Source: an uncultured Methylomirabilota bacterium (GTDB taxonomy: Bacteria > Methylomirabilota > Methylomirabilia > Methylomirabilales > 2-02-FULL-66-22). From it: a DNA stretch of 64,000 nt. The position numbers and the translations under genes were made by a program. The stretch covers positions 288,001 through 352,000 of the forward strand of contig OY970067.1 in NCBI GenBank assembly GCA_963705305.1. Direction: 5' to 3'. The notes under the pieces are model-generated. The model searched no databases. It saw only the letters and a program-made list of their open reading frames with translations, and had not been told where the DNA came from. Positions within the stretch are counted from its first letter, which is position 1. Every line of letters starts with the position of its first letter. Below are positions 1-9,702 of the stretch, piece by piece.

Positions 1-7
1 ATGATGG

Positions 8-33
8 GGCCCTTCCGGGCAGCCCGGAGGGCC
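8..33. terminator. GC-rich near-perfect inverted repeat, possible terminator
   Basis: GGCCCTTCCGGGC-A-GCCCGGAGGGCC; no clear U-tract; context cut by window edge. Confidence 0.3.
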
Positions 34-575
34 GAATAACTGCTCCTTCCGATCGAGTATCCTCAACCCCCTCACTCGGCATGTCGCAATCGGTCCCGGC
101 GTTCGCGATGCGCCGGTCCAGCTCCTCCCCGGCCTCGCGTCGGTCCTCCCGCAAGACCGGCGCCACCTTGCAGGCGGAGCCGGGCAGGTTGCACACGGCA
201 GCTGCGGACGGTTTCCGGCTGCCTTCGCCCTACCAACGGCCGTTTCTTCAGGCTATTGAGCGGCTAATGAACCGGCAGGCGCACGACGCGGGCGCAAATG
301 ATGGAATCCGCCGACCAGAATTGACCGACCGAAGCCCTGAGGTGCTCCTTCTCCCAACCTCCCACCGCCGCCTCGGCGGGAACACAGGACCATCGTATCC
401 TTCCGCGCGGGCCGCCTCCTCGGGAGGTCCGCCTGAAAACCGGAAATCTCCGCCCGTAACGCTCCCTGGCGAATCTGCTGCACGCATAACATGCCGTGCT
501 AGCCGACTCATCGTCAAGAGGAATCTTCGAAAATCCGGCAATAGTATGGGCTATTTCCCAGCCCTTCTCGCCGCA

Positions 576-2000
576 CTATTCCTTGGCCCGATCGGCGGCA
601 TGCCAGTGCTGCTCCAGGTTTCGGATCAGGGCCGGGCTGAAGTGGCAGTCGGCTTGTGCCCGGCAGTACAGCGCCATGTACCGCCGAAAGAGGTCCCTGG
701 GTTCGTGGCCGAGGCGGATGGCCTTGCGGTTGGCCCCTGCCCCGACGACGCCGCCGCCGGTGACGATGGCCGCCGCACGCCGGACGGCTTCGTCCATCTG
801 ACCGGCAGGAACCACCTCGTTGACGAGCGCCCGCCCCTCCGCGGAATCCGCGGAAAACGTCTTGCCGAATAGGATTCCTTGGCGGGCCGCTCGCTCCCCC
901 ACGAAGCGCGGCAGCCGCAGGGGTGCCGCCCCGGGAATGATCCCCTCTTTCCGCGCCGGGAGGTTGAAGAAGGATCCCTCCTCGGCGATGACATAATCCA
1001 GGACCAGAAGCAGCTGGCAGCCTCCGCCGATGGCGAAGCCCTCCACAGCACCAATCCACGGTTTCTCCAGCGTGGTCTCGGGCCCGTCGCGGTCATCGGT
1101 ATCGCCCGCCAGCCCGCGGTAGAGCTTGCTGACGAGACCCAAGTCTCTCGTCGCATAGAACAGCAAGGGGAGCTTCCCCTGGTAGAGATGGGTCAGGTTG
1201 AGTCCGGAGGAAAAGATGCGCCGGCCGCGGTATTTGGGGTGCCGGACCGGGTTGCCCCGCAACAGGCCCGCCTGGGCGTCCGGGTCGAGCAGTACCAGAT
1301 CGATCGCCGTCTCCAGCGGGATCAGCGTGGTATCGTCCTCGGCATTCAAGAAGCGCGGGTTATTGAAGTAGACGCACCCCAGCGCGCCGCGACGCTCGAT
1401 CTGCACGGTCCCGAGATCCAGGGACCCTTCGACACGGAGCCGTGCCAGCAGCTCCTGCGCACGCGGGAGCGGCCGGAGCATGGCGTGCAGCAAATGACCC
1501 CCCGCCTCCTCGTGCGCCAGGACATGCGAGAGGAAATCGCTTTGCGGGATCTCCACCCCCTCTTTGGCGGCCAAGGGGAGCCCGCGCTCGGCCTCCACCG
1601 CCTCCCGGGTCGGGCACAGGCCGGGACAGATCTTGGCCACCGCGTGCACCAGCTCCTCGGCCCGGAGAAAGCGGCGATAGCCGTCGCTCACCTTCCGGTA
1701 GATGGGGGCGACGTAGACGCGCGCAAAGGCGTTGCGCACCGCCCGCAGCACACCCTTCACGGACTCTGCGGCGCCTGCCTGGACGGCATCCCGTTCGGCC
1801 TTGGGGCGCCAGGCCGCCAGGAGGGCCTCGCCGGTCCGATAGACGGCTTGGGCCTTCCGGGCATCCGCCGCCAGGCTCGTTGCGCTCGGCCTGCGCGACA
1901 GGCGCAGGGTTTCCAGGGCACGAGCAAATCGCCCGACCGCCGCCGGCGAAGCCCCTGCCGCGCGCAGTGCCTGCAGTTGATCCTGGTTCAGCCGCTCCAT
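576..2000 (-). CDS. dpgC: DpgC-like crotonase-fold enzyme ((3,5-dihydroxyphenyl)acetyl-CoA 1,2-dioxygenase family)
   Basis: 474 aa; motifs LNAED, HPKYRGRRIFSSGLNL, EKPWIGAVEGFAIGGGCQLLLVLD, LPARKEGIIPGAA, ANRKA..EPRDLFRRYMA are collinear with DpgC as I recall it. Confidence 0.8.
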   Translation of the reverse strand: MERLNQDQLQALRAAGASPAAVGRFARALETLRLSRRPSATSLAADARKAQAVYRTGEALLAAWRPKAERDAVQAGAAESVKGVLRAVRNAFARVYVAPIYRKVSDGYRRFLRAEELVHAVAKICPGLCPTREAVEAERGLPLAAKEGVEIPQSDFLSHVLAHEEAGGHLLHAMLRPLPRAQELLARLRVEGSLDLGTVQIERRGALGCVYFNNPRFLNAEDDTTLIPLETAIDLVLLDPDAQAGLLRGNPVRHPKYRGRRIFSSGLNLTHLYQGKLPLLFYATRDLGLVSKLYRGLAGDTDDRDGPETTLEKPWIGAVEGFAIGGGCQLLLVLDYVIAEEGSFFNLPARKEGIIPGAAPLRLPRFVGERAARQGILFGKTFSADSAEGRALVNEVVPAGQMDEAVRRAAAIVTGGGVVGAGANRKAIRLGHEPRDLFRRYMALYCRAQADCHFSPALIRNLEQHWHAADRAKE

Positions 2001-2433
2001 GACTCGATCGCTCCCGGCCTGGGTGGCCCCCGATGCATTGAATGGAATGGCCCGTCACCGCGTCCGGCCGGGGGGACGGGCCTCCGATTCCCTTCGGAAT
2101 CCGGCTCCGCCCGTGTCCGGCCCGAATCGAGCCCCCCGCACACAGGCCCCGGACGTGATCCCGGAGGACGCGGAACAGACTCCCCAGGGGAGGGCCATGC
2201 CGAATCTTACGGCAGCTTCCCCGACACGTCCAGCGGCCCTCGCACGGGCGAGAGGACACCTGGGTGTGCCCCCCGCCTGGCATCGGCGGGCCCCATCGAA
2301 TTCACCCGACACCCTGTCGCAATCGGACGTGCAGTTCCTGGTCCGCTTGTGGTAGGATTTCCGACAGAGAGCGGATCTCGGGGCGGAGCGAAGGTGGGTC
2401 GGGGCGTCCGGTCGCTCCGGCGGGGAGAGGATC

Positions 2434-2859
2434 ATGCCGGCCAAACGGATTCTGATCGTGGAGGACGACCAGTCGCTCCAGCAGGCGCTCCGGGAAATGC
2501 TCGGGCTGCTCGGCTACGAGGTCCTGGAGGCGGTCGACGGGGCCCAGGGGCTCGCCAGGGCGGCCACGCTCCAGCCCGACGTGATCCTGCTGGACGTGAG
2601 GATGCCGGGCATGGACGGCTACGAGGTCTGCCGGCGGCTCAAGGGCGACCTGGCCACCAGCGCCATCCCGGTCGTCTTCCTCACGGCCGTGGAGGATCGC
2701 GCGCTGAACCGCCTGGCCTACGAGGCCGGTGCGGTCGCCTGTGTCACCAAGCCGTTCCGCCGCGAGGCGTTGCTCGCGGTCATCGAGGCCGCCCTGGCCA
2801 GCGCGTGGCGGCAGGCCTCCCATTCGAGCGGCTCCGAGAGTCCCCCCGCCGTAGCATAG
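2434..2859 (+). CDS. Single-domain response regulator (CheY-like receiver)
   Basis: ILIVEDD, DVILLDVRMPGMDG, VFLTA, TKPF; RBS GGAGAGG. Confidence 0.9.
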   Translation: MPAKRILIVEDDQSLQQALREMLGLLGYEVLEAVDGAQGLARAATLQPDVILLDVRMPGMDGYEVCRRLKGDLATSAIPVVFLTAVEDRALNRLAYEAGAVACVTKPFRREALLAVIEAALASAWRQASHSSGSESPPAVA

Positions 2860-2890
2860 CCCCGCGGCCCTAGCGCATATGCGCCTGGCC

Positions 2891-4264
2891 TCACGGCCGC
2901 CCCGCAGGCCCTCCAAGCGCCGCGGCGGCCGCCGTGTCCAGCACCCGGTAATTGCGGTCCACCCACGCGTCGTGCTCCGGCTTCATGAGCACCGAACGCA
3001 GGCACAGAATCTGCTCCTGATCGGCCCGCAAATCCGGCCACCCGCGGCGGAAGAAAGACACCGGCAGCTGCACCAGCGCCAGGTGGAGCTGTCGCCGCGC
3101 CGCCTCATCGAAGATTCGCTGCGCCAGGGCGGACGCGGCGCCGGCGGAACCCGCGCGCACTGCCCACACGACGATATCGAGCTCGGGCGGGAACGGCACG
3201 ACAAACCGGTGATCGGCGGCCAGCCGGGCTGCCCAGGCCGCGGCGGCCGATCGGCACACCGCCAGGCTTTCGGCAAATTCTCCGCCGCGGGCCAGGGGCA
3301 GCAGGCGCTGCGTCGCCCAGAGGGCGACGGCCGACGCTCCCGCCCGCGAGCACTCCAGGCTGATCTCCCCCAGATGCAGTTCTTTGGACGAGAAGTAGGT
3401 GTACGGCGAGCTGTGCTTGTACAGAATGCCCACCTGCGGATCGCGGAACAGGACACAGCCGCAGCCGTACGGCTGCAGACCGTGCTTGTGCGGATCGACG
3501 ACGATCGAATCCGCCTCGCCGATCCGGTCGAACGCCGCGCGCGCCTCGGGCCCTAGATTGTCGGCAAGCGTGAAGTAGCCCCCGTAGGCCGCGTCCACAT
3601 GGACCCGGCATCCGCAGCGCCGGCTGAGGTCCAGGATGCCCGGAAGGGGGTCCACCGCGCCGGCCCCGGTGGTCCCCATGGTGGCGACCACGCACCCGAT
3701 ATCGTCCCGGCGCAGCACCTCTTCCAGCGCCGCGCAATCCATCCGCCCCCGCGCATCGGCCGGCACGGTCTCATACGGCAGCCGAAGCACACCGCTGATG
3801 CGCTCGTGCGTATAATGCGCCTGGGCCGAGGCGACGATCTTCTTGCCCGGCTGGAGCCTGCCCGCCACCCACAGGGCTTCGAGGTTCGCCAGCGTGCCGC
3901 CGCCTGTGAGGTGCCCGAGGTGCGTCTGCCATCCAAACAGCGAGGCGATCTCCGCCACGGCCTCTTTCTCCATGGCCGAGCTGGCTCGCCCCCCATCCAG
4001 CGCGTGATTGTTCGGATTGATCCATGTGGCCAGCGCGTATGCCGCACGTGCGACGGGGTGCGGGGGCTTCAGCATCTGGCCGGCATACCGGGGATGGAAG
4101 TATGGATAGTTGTCCCCCAGGCGGCGGGCAACCTCGCCCAGAACCTCCGCCATCCGATCCGCTCCGGGGATTGCGGCGTCGAACGGCGGCAGGTCGGCGA
4201 AGGCGTCCTCGAGCTGACGGACGGCCCCGGGGAGCGCGTCGAGCGTGGTTCGTTCGAGCAGCAT
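2891..4264 (-). CDS. Group II PLP-dependent amino-acid decarboxylase
   Basis: TGGGTLANLEAL, GTTGAGAVDP, HVDAAYGG, DPHK (PLP Lys); start placed at ATG 4264 (MLLERTT) behind AGGAGAG, not at the 728-aa ORF start. Confidence 0.88.
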   Translation of the reverse strand: MLLERTTLDALPGAVRQLEDAFADLPPFDAAIPGADRMAEVLGEVARRLGDNYPYFHPRYAGQMLKPPHPVARAAYALATWINPNNHALDGGRASSAMEKEAVAEIASLFGWQTHLGHLTGGGTLANLEALWVAGRLQPGKKIVASAQAHYTHERISGVLRLPYETVPADARGRMDCAALEEVLRRDDIGCVVATMGTTGAGAVDPLPGILDLSRRCGCRVHVDAAYGGYFTLADNLGPEARAAFDRIGEADSIVVDPHKHGLQPYGCGCVLFRDPQVGILYKHSSPYTYFSSKELHLGEISLECSRAGASAVALWATQRLLPLARGGEFAESLAVCRSAAAAWAARLAADHRFVVPFPPELDIVVWAVRAGSAGAASALAQRIFDEAARRQLHLALVQLPVSFFRRGWPDLRADQEQILCLRSVLMKPEHDAWVDRNYRVLDTAAAAALGGPAGRP

Positions 4265-4275
4265 GAACTCTCTCC

Positions 4276-5226
4276 TTACGGCATCGGGACGTCGCCGCTC
4301 CACAGCGCCCTGTCCGCGTCCGACAGCGGAAAGGCCATCCGCTCCTCGACGATGACGGGGGGGTCGCCCGCCACGCACAGGCGGGTCACCCCGAAGTGCT
4401 CGCCGCGCGAGGTCCGCGGGTCGATGCAGACACCCACCAGCCGCTCCGCGACGTGCCTCCGCTTCTGGAGGTAGCGGAGGGTATCGGCCTCGGCGATCGC
4501 GTGCATGGCTTCGACCATCCGCTCGGTCAACTGGAAGTGGGCCGGGTTCTGACTCTGGTGCTCGAGATTGGCCTGGCGGCGAAGCTCGGTGACCCGGGGG
4601 TCCGTGAAGAAGAGTACGAAGTTCTTGTCCGAGGGGGGCAGGATCGGAACATGGTTGGTCGGGTACTCCACCACGATCACCGGCCGGTACGCGGCCCCGG
4701 CGGTTCGGCGCTCCTGCTCCACCCGCAGGAGGAGCGACCGGAACACCATGGCCCGCATGTTGTAGTTGATCGCCTGGGCGGTGTCGGCCAGCGGCGGAAC
4801 GAGCACCATGGTGGGGCGCTCGGCCAGCACGAGCTGCGTCAGCCGATCCAGCTCGCCGGGGTCGATCTGCTGGCTGGCGTAGGTCTGGTCCGCCCGAAAA
4901 TTGATCAACTGGGATTCCGTGAACCCCAGCACCTCCGCCCAGCGCCTCGCTTCGCTCCACCGGACCTCGGCCTTCGCCTCCAGCGGAATGTCCTGATCGA
5001 CCCCCTGATATCCCGGTGACATGATGACGATGGCCATCCTGTTCCCCGGATTCAGCAGGTGCAGCGTGGCGCCGCAATACCGTCCGTCATCGGAATGCGG
5101 GAGGAACACGAGGATGCGGTGGTTGCGGGGAAGCTCCTTCTCCGTGGCGATGTACGGAACAGGGGCCGGCGTCACAAACCGGCTCACCGGGCGGAAGCCA
5201 TACGTCAATTCCACGACCGCACCCAC
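4276..5226 (-). CDS. PIG-L/LmbE-family deacetylase-like protein (divergent)
   Basis: ILVFLPHSDDGRYCGATL, RWSEARRWAEVLG, late HQSQ motif; start uncertain. Confidence 0.7.
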   Translation of the reverse strand: MGAVVELTYGFRPVSRFVTPAPVPYIATEKELPRNHRILVFLPHSDDGRYCGATLHLLNPGNRMAIVIMSPGYQGVDQDIPLEAKAEVRWSEARRWAEVLGFTESQLINFRADQTYASQQIDPGELDRLTQLVLAERPTMVLVPPLADTAQAINYNMRAMVFRSLLLRVEQERRTAGAAYRPVIVVEYPTNHVPILPPSDKNFVLFFTDPRVTELRRQANLEHQSQNPAHFQLTERMVEAMHAIAEADTLRYLQKRRHVAERLVGVCIDPRTSRGEHFGVTRLCVAGDPPVIVEERMAFPLSDADRALWSGDVPMP

Positions 5227-5451
5227 GATCCTCCGCGAGGAGGGCCTTCAGCAGCCCGGGGGATTCTACCCTGACCCGAGCCCTTCTCCAAGACCCTTTC
5301 ATGTGGGCCGGCCCGGCGGGCCTCAGAGAGGCCCTCGCGGCCGCGTAGGGTTGCGCGGAGTCGGTTGTGGGATTCGCGCGGGGGGGAGTCGAAGCCGCCG
5401 GGGATGCGGAAATTGTCCGGGTGCCGCTCCGGGCTCCGCGGCAAAGCGAAC

Positions 5452-5847
5452 CTATGTGGCGGGCTCGACCCAGGCAGGCGTCCCGCCGTTGCCGGGCGAC
5501 GCGCTCCGGGCCTTCAGAAACTCGTCCAGCACCCGCTGGGCATCCTGCGCCAGGGCCTCGAACTCGAGGCCGCTGTGGAAGAGGAGCTGGCCCCGGCTCT
5601 CTTCCCGGGACCGTGCGACCGCCGTCGACCAGACGATGCGGCATATGAGGGTGAGGGGCTGACCCCTCAAATGGTTGCGGAGATAACAGGTGTTCCCCGG
5701 CCGCAGGATGGCCGTGTGCTCGAGGCGCGCCCCGCTCAGACTGAGATCCGCGATGCGGACCTCATGCGTCGCGGTGACATCGCCGTTCACCGGCTCTCTG
5801 AAAACAAGGCGGCCGTGACGGCGGCCCATCGGAAGCCTTTCATCCAC
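5452..5847 (-). CDS. Stand-alone PilZ-domain protein
   Basis: RRHGR (RxxxR) and DLSLSG (DxSxxG), C-terminal HSGLEF; probable GTG start 5847 after AAGGGA. Confidence 0.75.
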   Translation of the reverse strand: MDERLPMGRRHGRLVFREPVNGDVTATHEVRIADLSLSGARLEHTAILRPGNTCYLRNHLRGQPLTLICRIVWSTAVARSREESRGQLLFHSGLEFEALAQDAQRVLDEFLKARSASPGNGGTPAWVEPAT

Positions 5848-5966
5848 GCGACATCCCTTGCGTGCGCTGGGGCGAGGCGCCCGATCTCTTCCCGCCGCCC
5901 TGGCTCCCTCCGGGGGGCTCATCCCGGCCGGCCAGGATTCGGCGCGTCTCCGCTGCAGGGTGGAAG

Positions 5967-6732
5967 TCAGCTCGTCCCGTCGCCGGGAGTCAACTTCCTC
6001 TGGCTGTTCACGTAGTGGGAGATTCTCTCGGCGACGCCCCTCTCGACCCCCACGAACTCCATCCCCGTCCGGTATACGATCCGTCGTTCGTCGCCCGGCA
6101 GCGCCGTGCGATGACTGGCAAAAGTCCGAATGGCGCGGGCCAGCACCCGCACCTCTCTCCCTTCGACTGGAAAGCTGAGGTGGTAGATCTCCCCCGGCTT
6201 CACCAATTCGGGATGTTCGACCAGCGCCCCCGAGAGACTGATGTCCATGAGGTAGACGTTCCTTGAATTGGAGCTGCGCCGACGATCTGAACTCCAACCG
6301 AACGCGGCGCGCACGGCGTCGCTCGCTGCCGGAGGGAGAGGGAAGCAGGGGCGGGCGCCTAGCGATCCGGCCTTTGCCGAGGACGCGGTCCACGCACAGC
6401 AGCAGGTCGTCCAGCTCCACCGGCTTGGTGCAGAAGTCGTTCGCCCCTTCACGCAGGGCAGTGATGGCGTTGTCAATCGAGGCGGACGCCGTCACCATGA
6501 TGACCGGGAGGGCGGGCCGCCGCGCCTTGATCCGGCGCAGGACTTCCAGGCCATCCATCCCGGGCATGAGGATGTCCAGGAAAACGAGGTCCACCTGCTC
6601 CCGCTCGAGCAGCGCCAGTGCCGCGTCTCCGTCCTCAGCCGTCAAGACACGCATGCCCAGCTCCTGACTGACGTAATCTCCCATGACCGTCAGGAAGAAC
6701 TGCTCGTCATCTACGATCAGGGCCGTCTCCAT
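5967..6732 (-). pseudogene. Response regulator REC-PilZ fusion, frameshifted near 6260 (mutation or sequencing error)
   Basis: ATG 6732 with AGGAGG; REC domain and ERRRARR in one frame, VYLMDISLSG...YRTGMEF in the frame ending at 5967; removing one base gives a 254-aa protein. Confidence 0.8.
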
Positions 6733-6880
6733 GTGTTGATCCTCCTGCAGGTCGGCCCCATGCCCGGTTCCTCGCGAGGGGATTCGTGAACTCTCCGGGA
6801 CCAATAACCCACACCCAATTGCCCAGGACGGAGCGGAGGCTTCCGCGCGCTCGTTCCGCCGGTGACAGATCGGGGCTGTG

Positions 6881-8461
6881 TCACTTCCGCACTACCCGCG
6901 AACCGGTTCGTGATTCGGGCGGGCTGGGATTCTCGGCTGGCAACCAGAACCGAATGCAGGTTCCCGCCCCGGGTGCGCTCTCCGCCACGATGCGCCCCCC
7001 GTGTTCTTCCACCAGGGCCTGACAGATGTAGAGCCCCAGCCCCGCCCCCTTCATGCCGCCCGCCTGGTAAAACTTCTCGAACACATGGGGAAGATGCTCG
7101 CTGGGGATTCCCGGCCCATCGTCCGCCACCGCCAGCTGCACCCCTGGAGAATCCGCCGATACCCCGGGCGGCGCCGGGCCGATTTCGCTGACGCGACCGG
7201 TGCGCGCGCTGAGCACGATGCGTCCGCCCGGTCCCACGGCTTTGATGGCATTGCTCAGAAGGTTTCCCAGAATCTGGTCGAGACGTCCCGGATCGGCCCA
7301 CACGAGGGGCAGCGTTCCGCGGAGTTCGACCTGAAGCTGCAGCGCCCGCTCCGCGGCGGCCGCCCGGAACCGCTCGACCGCCCGGCGAAGCGCCTCCTCT
7401 ACCTGCAGAGAGACCCGATGCAGGTCGAGCTTCCCTGCCTCGATGCGGGCCGAGTCCAGCAGGTCGCCCACCAGCTGGCCAAGCTGGTCGCTATCTTGGG
7501 CGGCGGCATGCAGGATGTCCTCGCGGCTCGCCGCCGGGAGACGCGGATCGGCCAGGAGATCCAGGTTGCAGCGGATCGAGGTGAGGGGGGTTTTCAGGTC
7601 ATGGCTGACCATGGCGAGGAAATCGGACTTGAGTTGGTCGAGGGCTTGCAGGCGCTGGTTCAGGACCGACAGCTCCTGGATTTTCTCCCGCAACTCCGTC
7701 TGATCCTGGAGGACGACCAGCCATCCCGCCTCGTGGCCCTCGCCGGCGAGCGGGCTGGCCCGCAGAACGAGCATCCGCCCGCCGGCCGCCAGGGTGAGAT
7801 CGAGCGGCTGCCCCTCCTGTGCCAGGGCGGCCTGCACCTTCTCAGCCGTGTCCGGCTCGAACAGGTCCGGCAGCTCCTGGCCGATCACTTCGCGCTCGCT
7901 GCGGACCAGAAGCTGCTGGGCGGCGGGGTTGATGTAGGTAACCTTGCCCGCCGCGTCCGCCTCGATGACTCCCTCAGCGATCTCTGCCAGGATGGCCTCG
8001 TGGTGCCGCTTCAACGCCAGAAGCTCCACGACCATCCCGCGCGGGTGCGCGCGTTCCACGCCAAAAACGCCGGGTCGCGGCGCGGCCAGGCGCTCGGCCC
8101 CGGCCAAACGATCGAGCGCCGCCTTCACATGGGCGCGCAGGGTGTCTACCTTCCCCTTTGCGATGTAGGCGTCGGCGCCCATTGCCATGACCCTGGCCTG
8201 ATCCTCCGCGACCGTGCCGGACAGGATGACGATCGGGATGCCCGACGTGGCCGGGTCGCTCTTCAGGTAGGCGCACACGCGGTCCCCGCCAATCTTGGGC
8301 ATCACCAGATCCAGGAAGATGAGGTCGGGCGGCTCGCGCACGACCGCCTCCAGCGCCTCCAGGCCATCGGCCGCAGTGGCCACGTCGTAGCCGAGATCGC
8401 TCAGGATCTCCTGCAGCAGCTCGCGGAAGAACCGGTCGTTATCGACCACCAGCACCGACAT
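6881..8461 (-). CDS. Hybrid sensor histidine kinase (REC-PAS-HisKA-HATPase), no transmembrane segment seen
   Basis: N-terminal REC (LIFLDLVMP), PAS (EGVIEAD..YINPAA), H-box SHDLKTPLTSI, N-box NLLSNAIK, DDGPGI, GAGLGL. Confidence 0.92.
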   Translation of the reverse strand: MSVLVVDNDRFFRELLQEILSDLGYDVATAADGLEALEAVVREPPDLIFLDLVMPKIGGDRVCAYLKSDPATSGIPIVILSGTVAEDQARVMAMGADAYIAKGKVDTLRAHVKAALDRLAGAERLAAPRPGVFGVERAHPRGMVVELLALKRHHEAILAEIAEGVIEADAAGKVTYINPAAQQLLVRSEREVIGQELPDLFEPDTAEKVQAALAQEGQPLDLTLAAGGRMLVLRASPLAGEGHEAGWLVVLQDQTELREKIQELSVLNQRLQALDQLKSDFLAMVSHDLKTPLTSIRCNLDLLADPRLPAASREDILHAAAQDSDQLGQLVGDLLDSARIEAGKLDLHRVSLQVEEALRRAVERFRAAAAERALQLQVELRGTLPLVWADPGRLDQILGNLLSNAIKAVGPGGRIVLSARTGRVSEIGPAPPGVSADSPGVQLAVADDGPGIPSEHLPHVFEKFYQAGGMKGAGLGLYICQALVEEHGGRIVAESAPGAGTCIRFWLPAENPSPPESRTGSRVVRK

Positions 8462-8569
8462 CGCTCTCTCACCCCCGGCCTATCCCGGCCAGGCACGCTG
8501 TTGGCCGTCCCCCGCGCCGTTCGTCCCGGAGCCGGTTCGTCGGCGACGCCCCGGGAAAGGCCCCGGCGG

Positions 8570-8989
8570 TCACGGCCCTCCTCCCGTCTCGAGGCGACAC
8601 GCCACCGTGCTCGTCCTCACGACGTAGATCCGGCGGTTGTTGCTTCGAGGGTCCATGGGCACGAGGAAGAAGCTGGCTCCATCGACCTTGTAGCTGGGTG
8701 ACGTGCCGCGCAGCACTTCGCCGTCGCGAAACCGTACGCTCACCGGCTGCCCCAGCAGCGAGGACCGGGCCGCATCCGCCCGCTCCCGGTAGCTCGGGTC
8801 CCCCTCGAAATCTTTGACGAAGAAGAGGGCCTTCAGCTCAACCAGCCGCACGCGGATGTTTGTCCCCAGATCACCCGCGCCGCGCGGTCTGAGCAGAAAA
8901 AAATGTTGCGACGGCCGAAAATCCAGAGCGAAGCCTTTGAGAATCTGACCATCCAGAAAATGGGCGACAACCATGGGGTGACTCCGCAT
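8570..8989 (-). CDS. Conserved hypothetical protein, DUF6982-like (two-repeat beta protein)
   Basis: VVAHFLDGQILKG...LKALFFVKDFEG...VRFRDGEVLRG...FFLVPMDPRSNNRRIYV; internally duplicated xF.DG..L.G motif; GGAGGAG upstream. Confidence 0.7.
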   Translation of the reverse strand: MRSHPMVVAHFLDGQILKGFALDFRPSQHFFLLRPRGAGDLGTNIRVRLVELKALFFVKDFEGDPSYRERADAARSSLLGQPVSVRFRDGEVLRGTSPSYKVDGASFFLVPMDPRSNNRRIYVVRTSTVACRLETGGGP

Positions 8990-9092
8990 CTCCTCCCGGA
9001 GATCGTCCCGGCGCCCAGTGGGTTCATGCAGCCGTCCGGCTGACGCACCTGGCGAGGTGCGCCGAAGACCTTGGAGGTCCACCGGAAATTCC

Positions 9093-9686
9093 TCAGGCGC
9101 GCGGGCGAACTCGCGGGATCGCCGCGGATCTCCCCTGCCGCGCCGTAATGCGGAACACCTCATCCACTTCGCGAGTGCCGAATGGTTTCCGCATGAGCAT
9201 GACCGGTCCGAGGGCCAGAGCCTCCGCCACCGCAGGGTGATCCGGGAAGCCGGTCATCAGCACCACCAGCGCTCCGGGGTTGGCGGCGCGGAGGGCGCGA
9301 AACACGTCGGCGCCGGAACCGTCCGGAAGGATGACATCGAGGAAGACGAGGTCGAAGGCGGTCTCCTTGAGAAGGATCCGAGCCTCCTGGACACTTCCCG
9401 CCAGCGCGGGCGGGTGGCCATGGAGGCTCAGGACCCGCTGGAGGGTCCGCTGGAGGGTCGGATCATCATCCACGACCAGTATCTGTCGGTCCCCGGCGGA
9501 GCCTCCGCCCTGGAACCACTCTTCGAGCAGGCCCCGGCTGAAGCGCCAGCTTCCCCCGACCTTCACAGCCGGGATCTTGCAGCGCTGGGCCAGGCGATAC
9601 ACCGTGATCTCCCCGAGGCGCAGGAACTGGGCCGCTTCCCGAACCGTCAGCAGCTTTTCTCTCTCTTCAGTTACGCCAGCTTTCAT
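9093..9686 (-). CDS. Excisionase/BldC-like HTH (HTH_17) fused to a receiver domain
   Basis: LLTVREAAQFLRLGEITVYRLAQRCKIPAVKVGGSWRF then ILVVDDD..LVFLDVILP..MTG..KPF; ATG 9686 with GGAGAG 8 nt upstream. Confidence 0.88.
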   Translation of the reverse strand: MKAGVTEEREKLLTVREAAQFLRLGEITVYRLAQRCKIPAVKVGGSWRFSRGLLEEWFQGGGSAGDRQILVVDDDPTLQRTLQRVLSLHGHPPALAGSVQEARILLKETAFDLVFLDVILPDGSGADVFRALRAANPGALVVLMTGFPDHPAVAEALALGPVMLMRKPFGTREVDEVFRITARQGRSAAIPRVRPRA

Positions 9687-9702
9687 TGCCAATTCTCTCC
9701 GC

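Noticed and set aside
879..2873. Long overlapping or antisense ORFs (for example 879-2873, 7001-8701, 24451-26088, 45269-48001, 48385-51003)
   Set aside because: Shadow frames of real genes in high-GC DNA; Arg/Pro/Gly-rich with no recognisable motifs
4265..5077. N-terminal extension that makes the decarboxylase ORF 728 aa
   Set aside because: Overlaps the PIG-L gene in another frame; a good RBS and ATG lie at 4264
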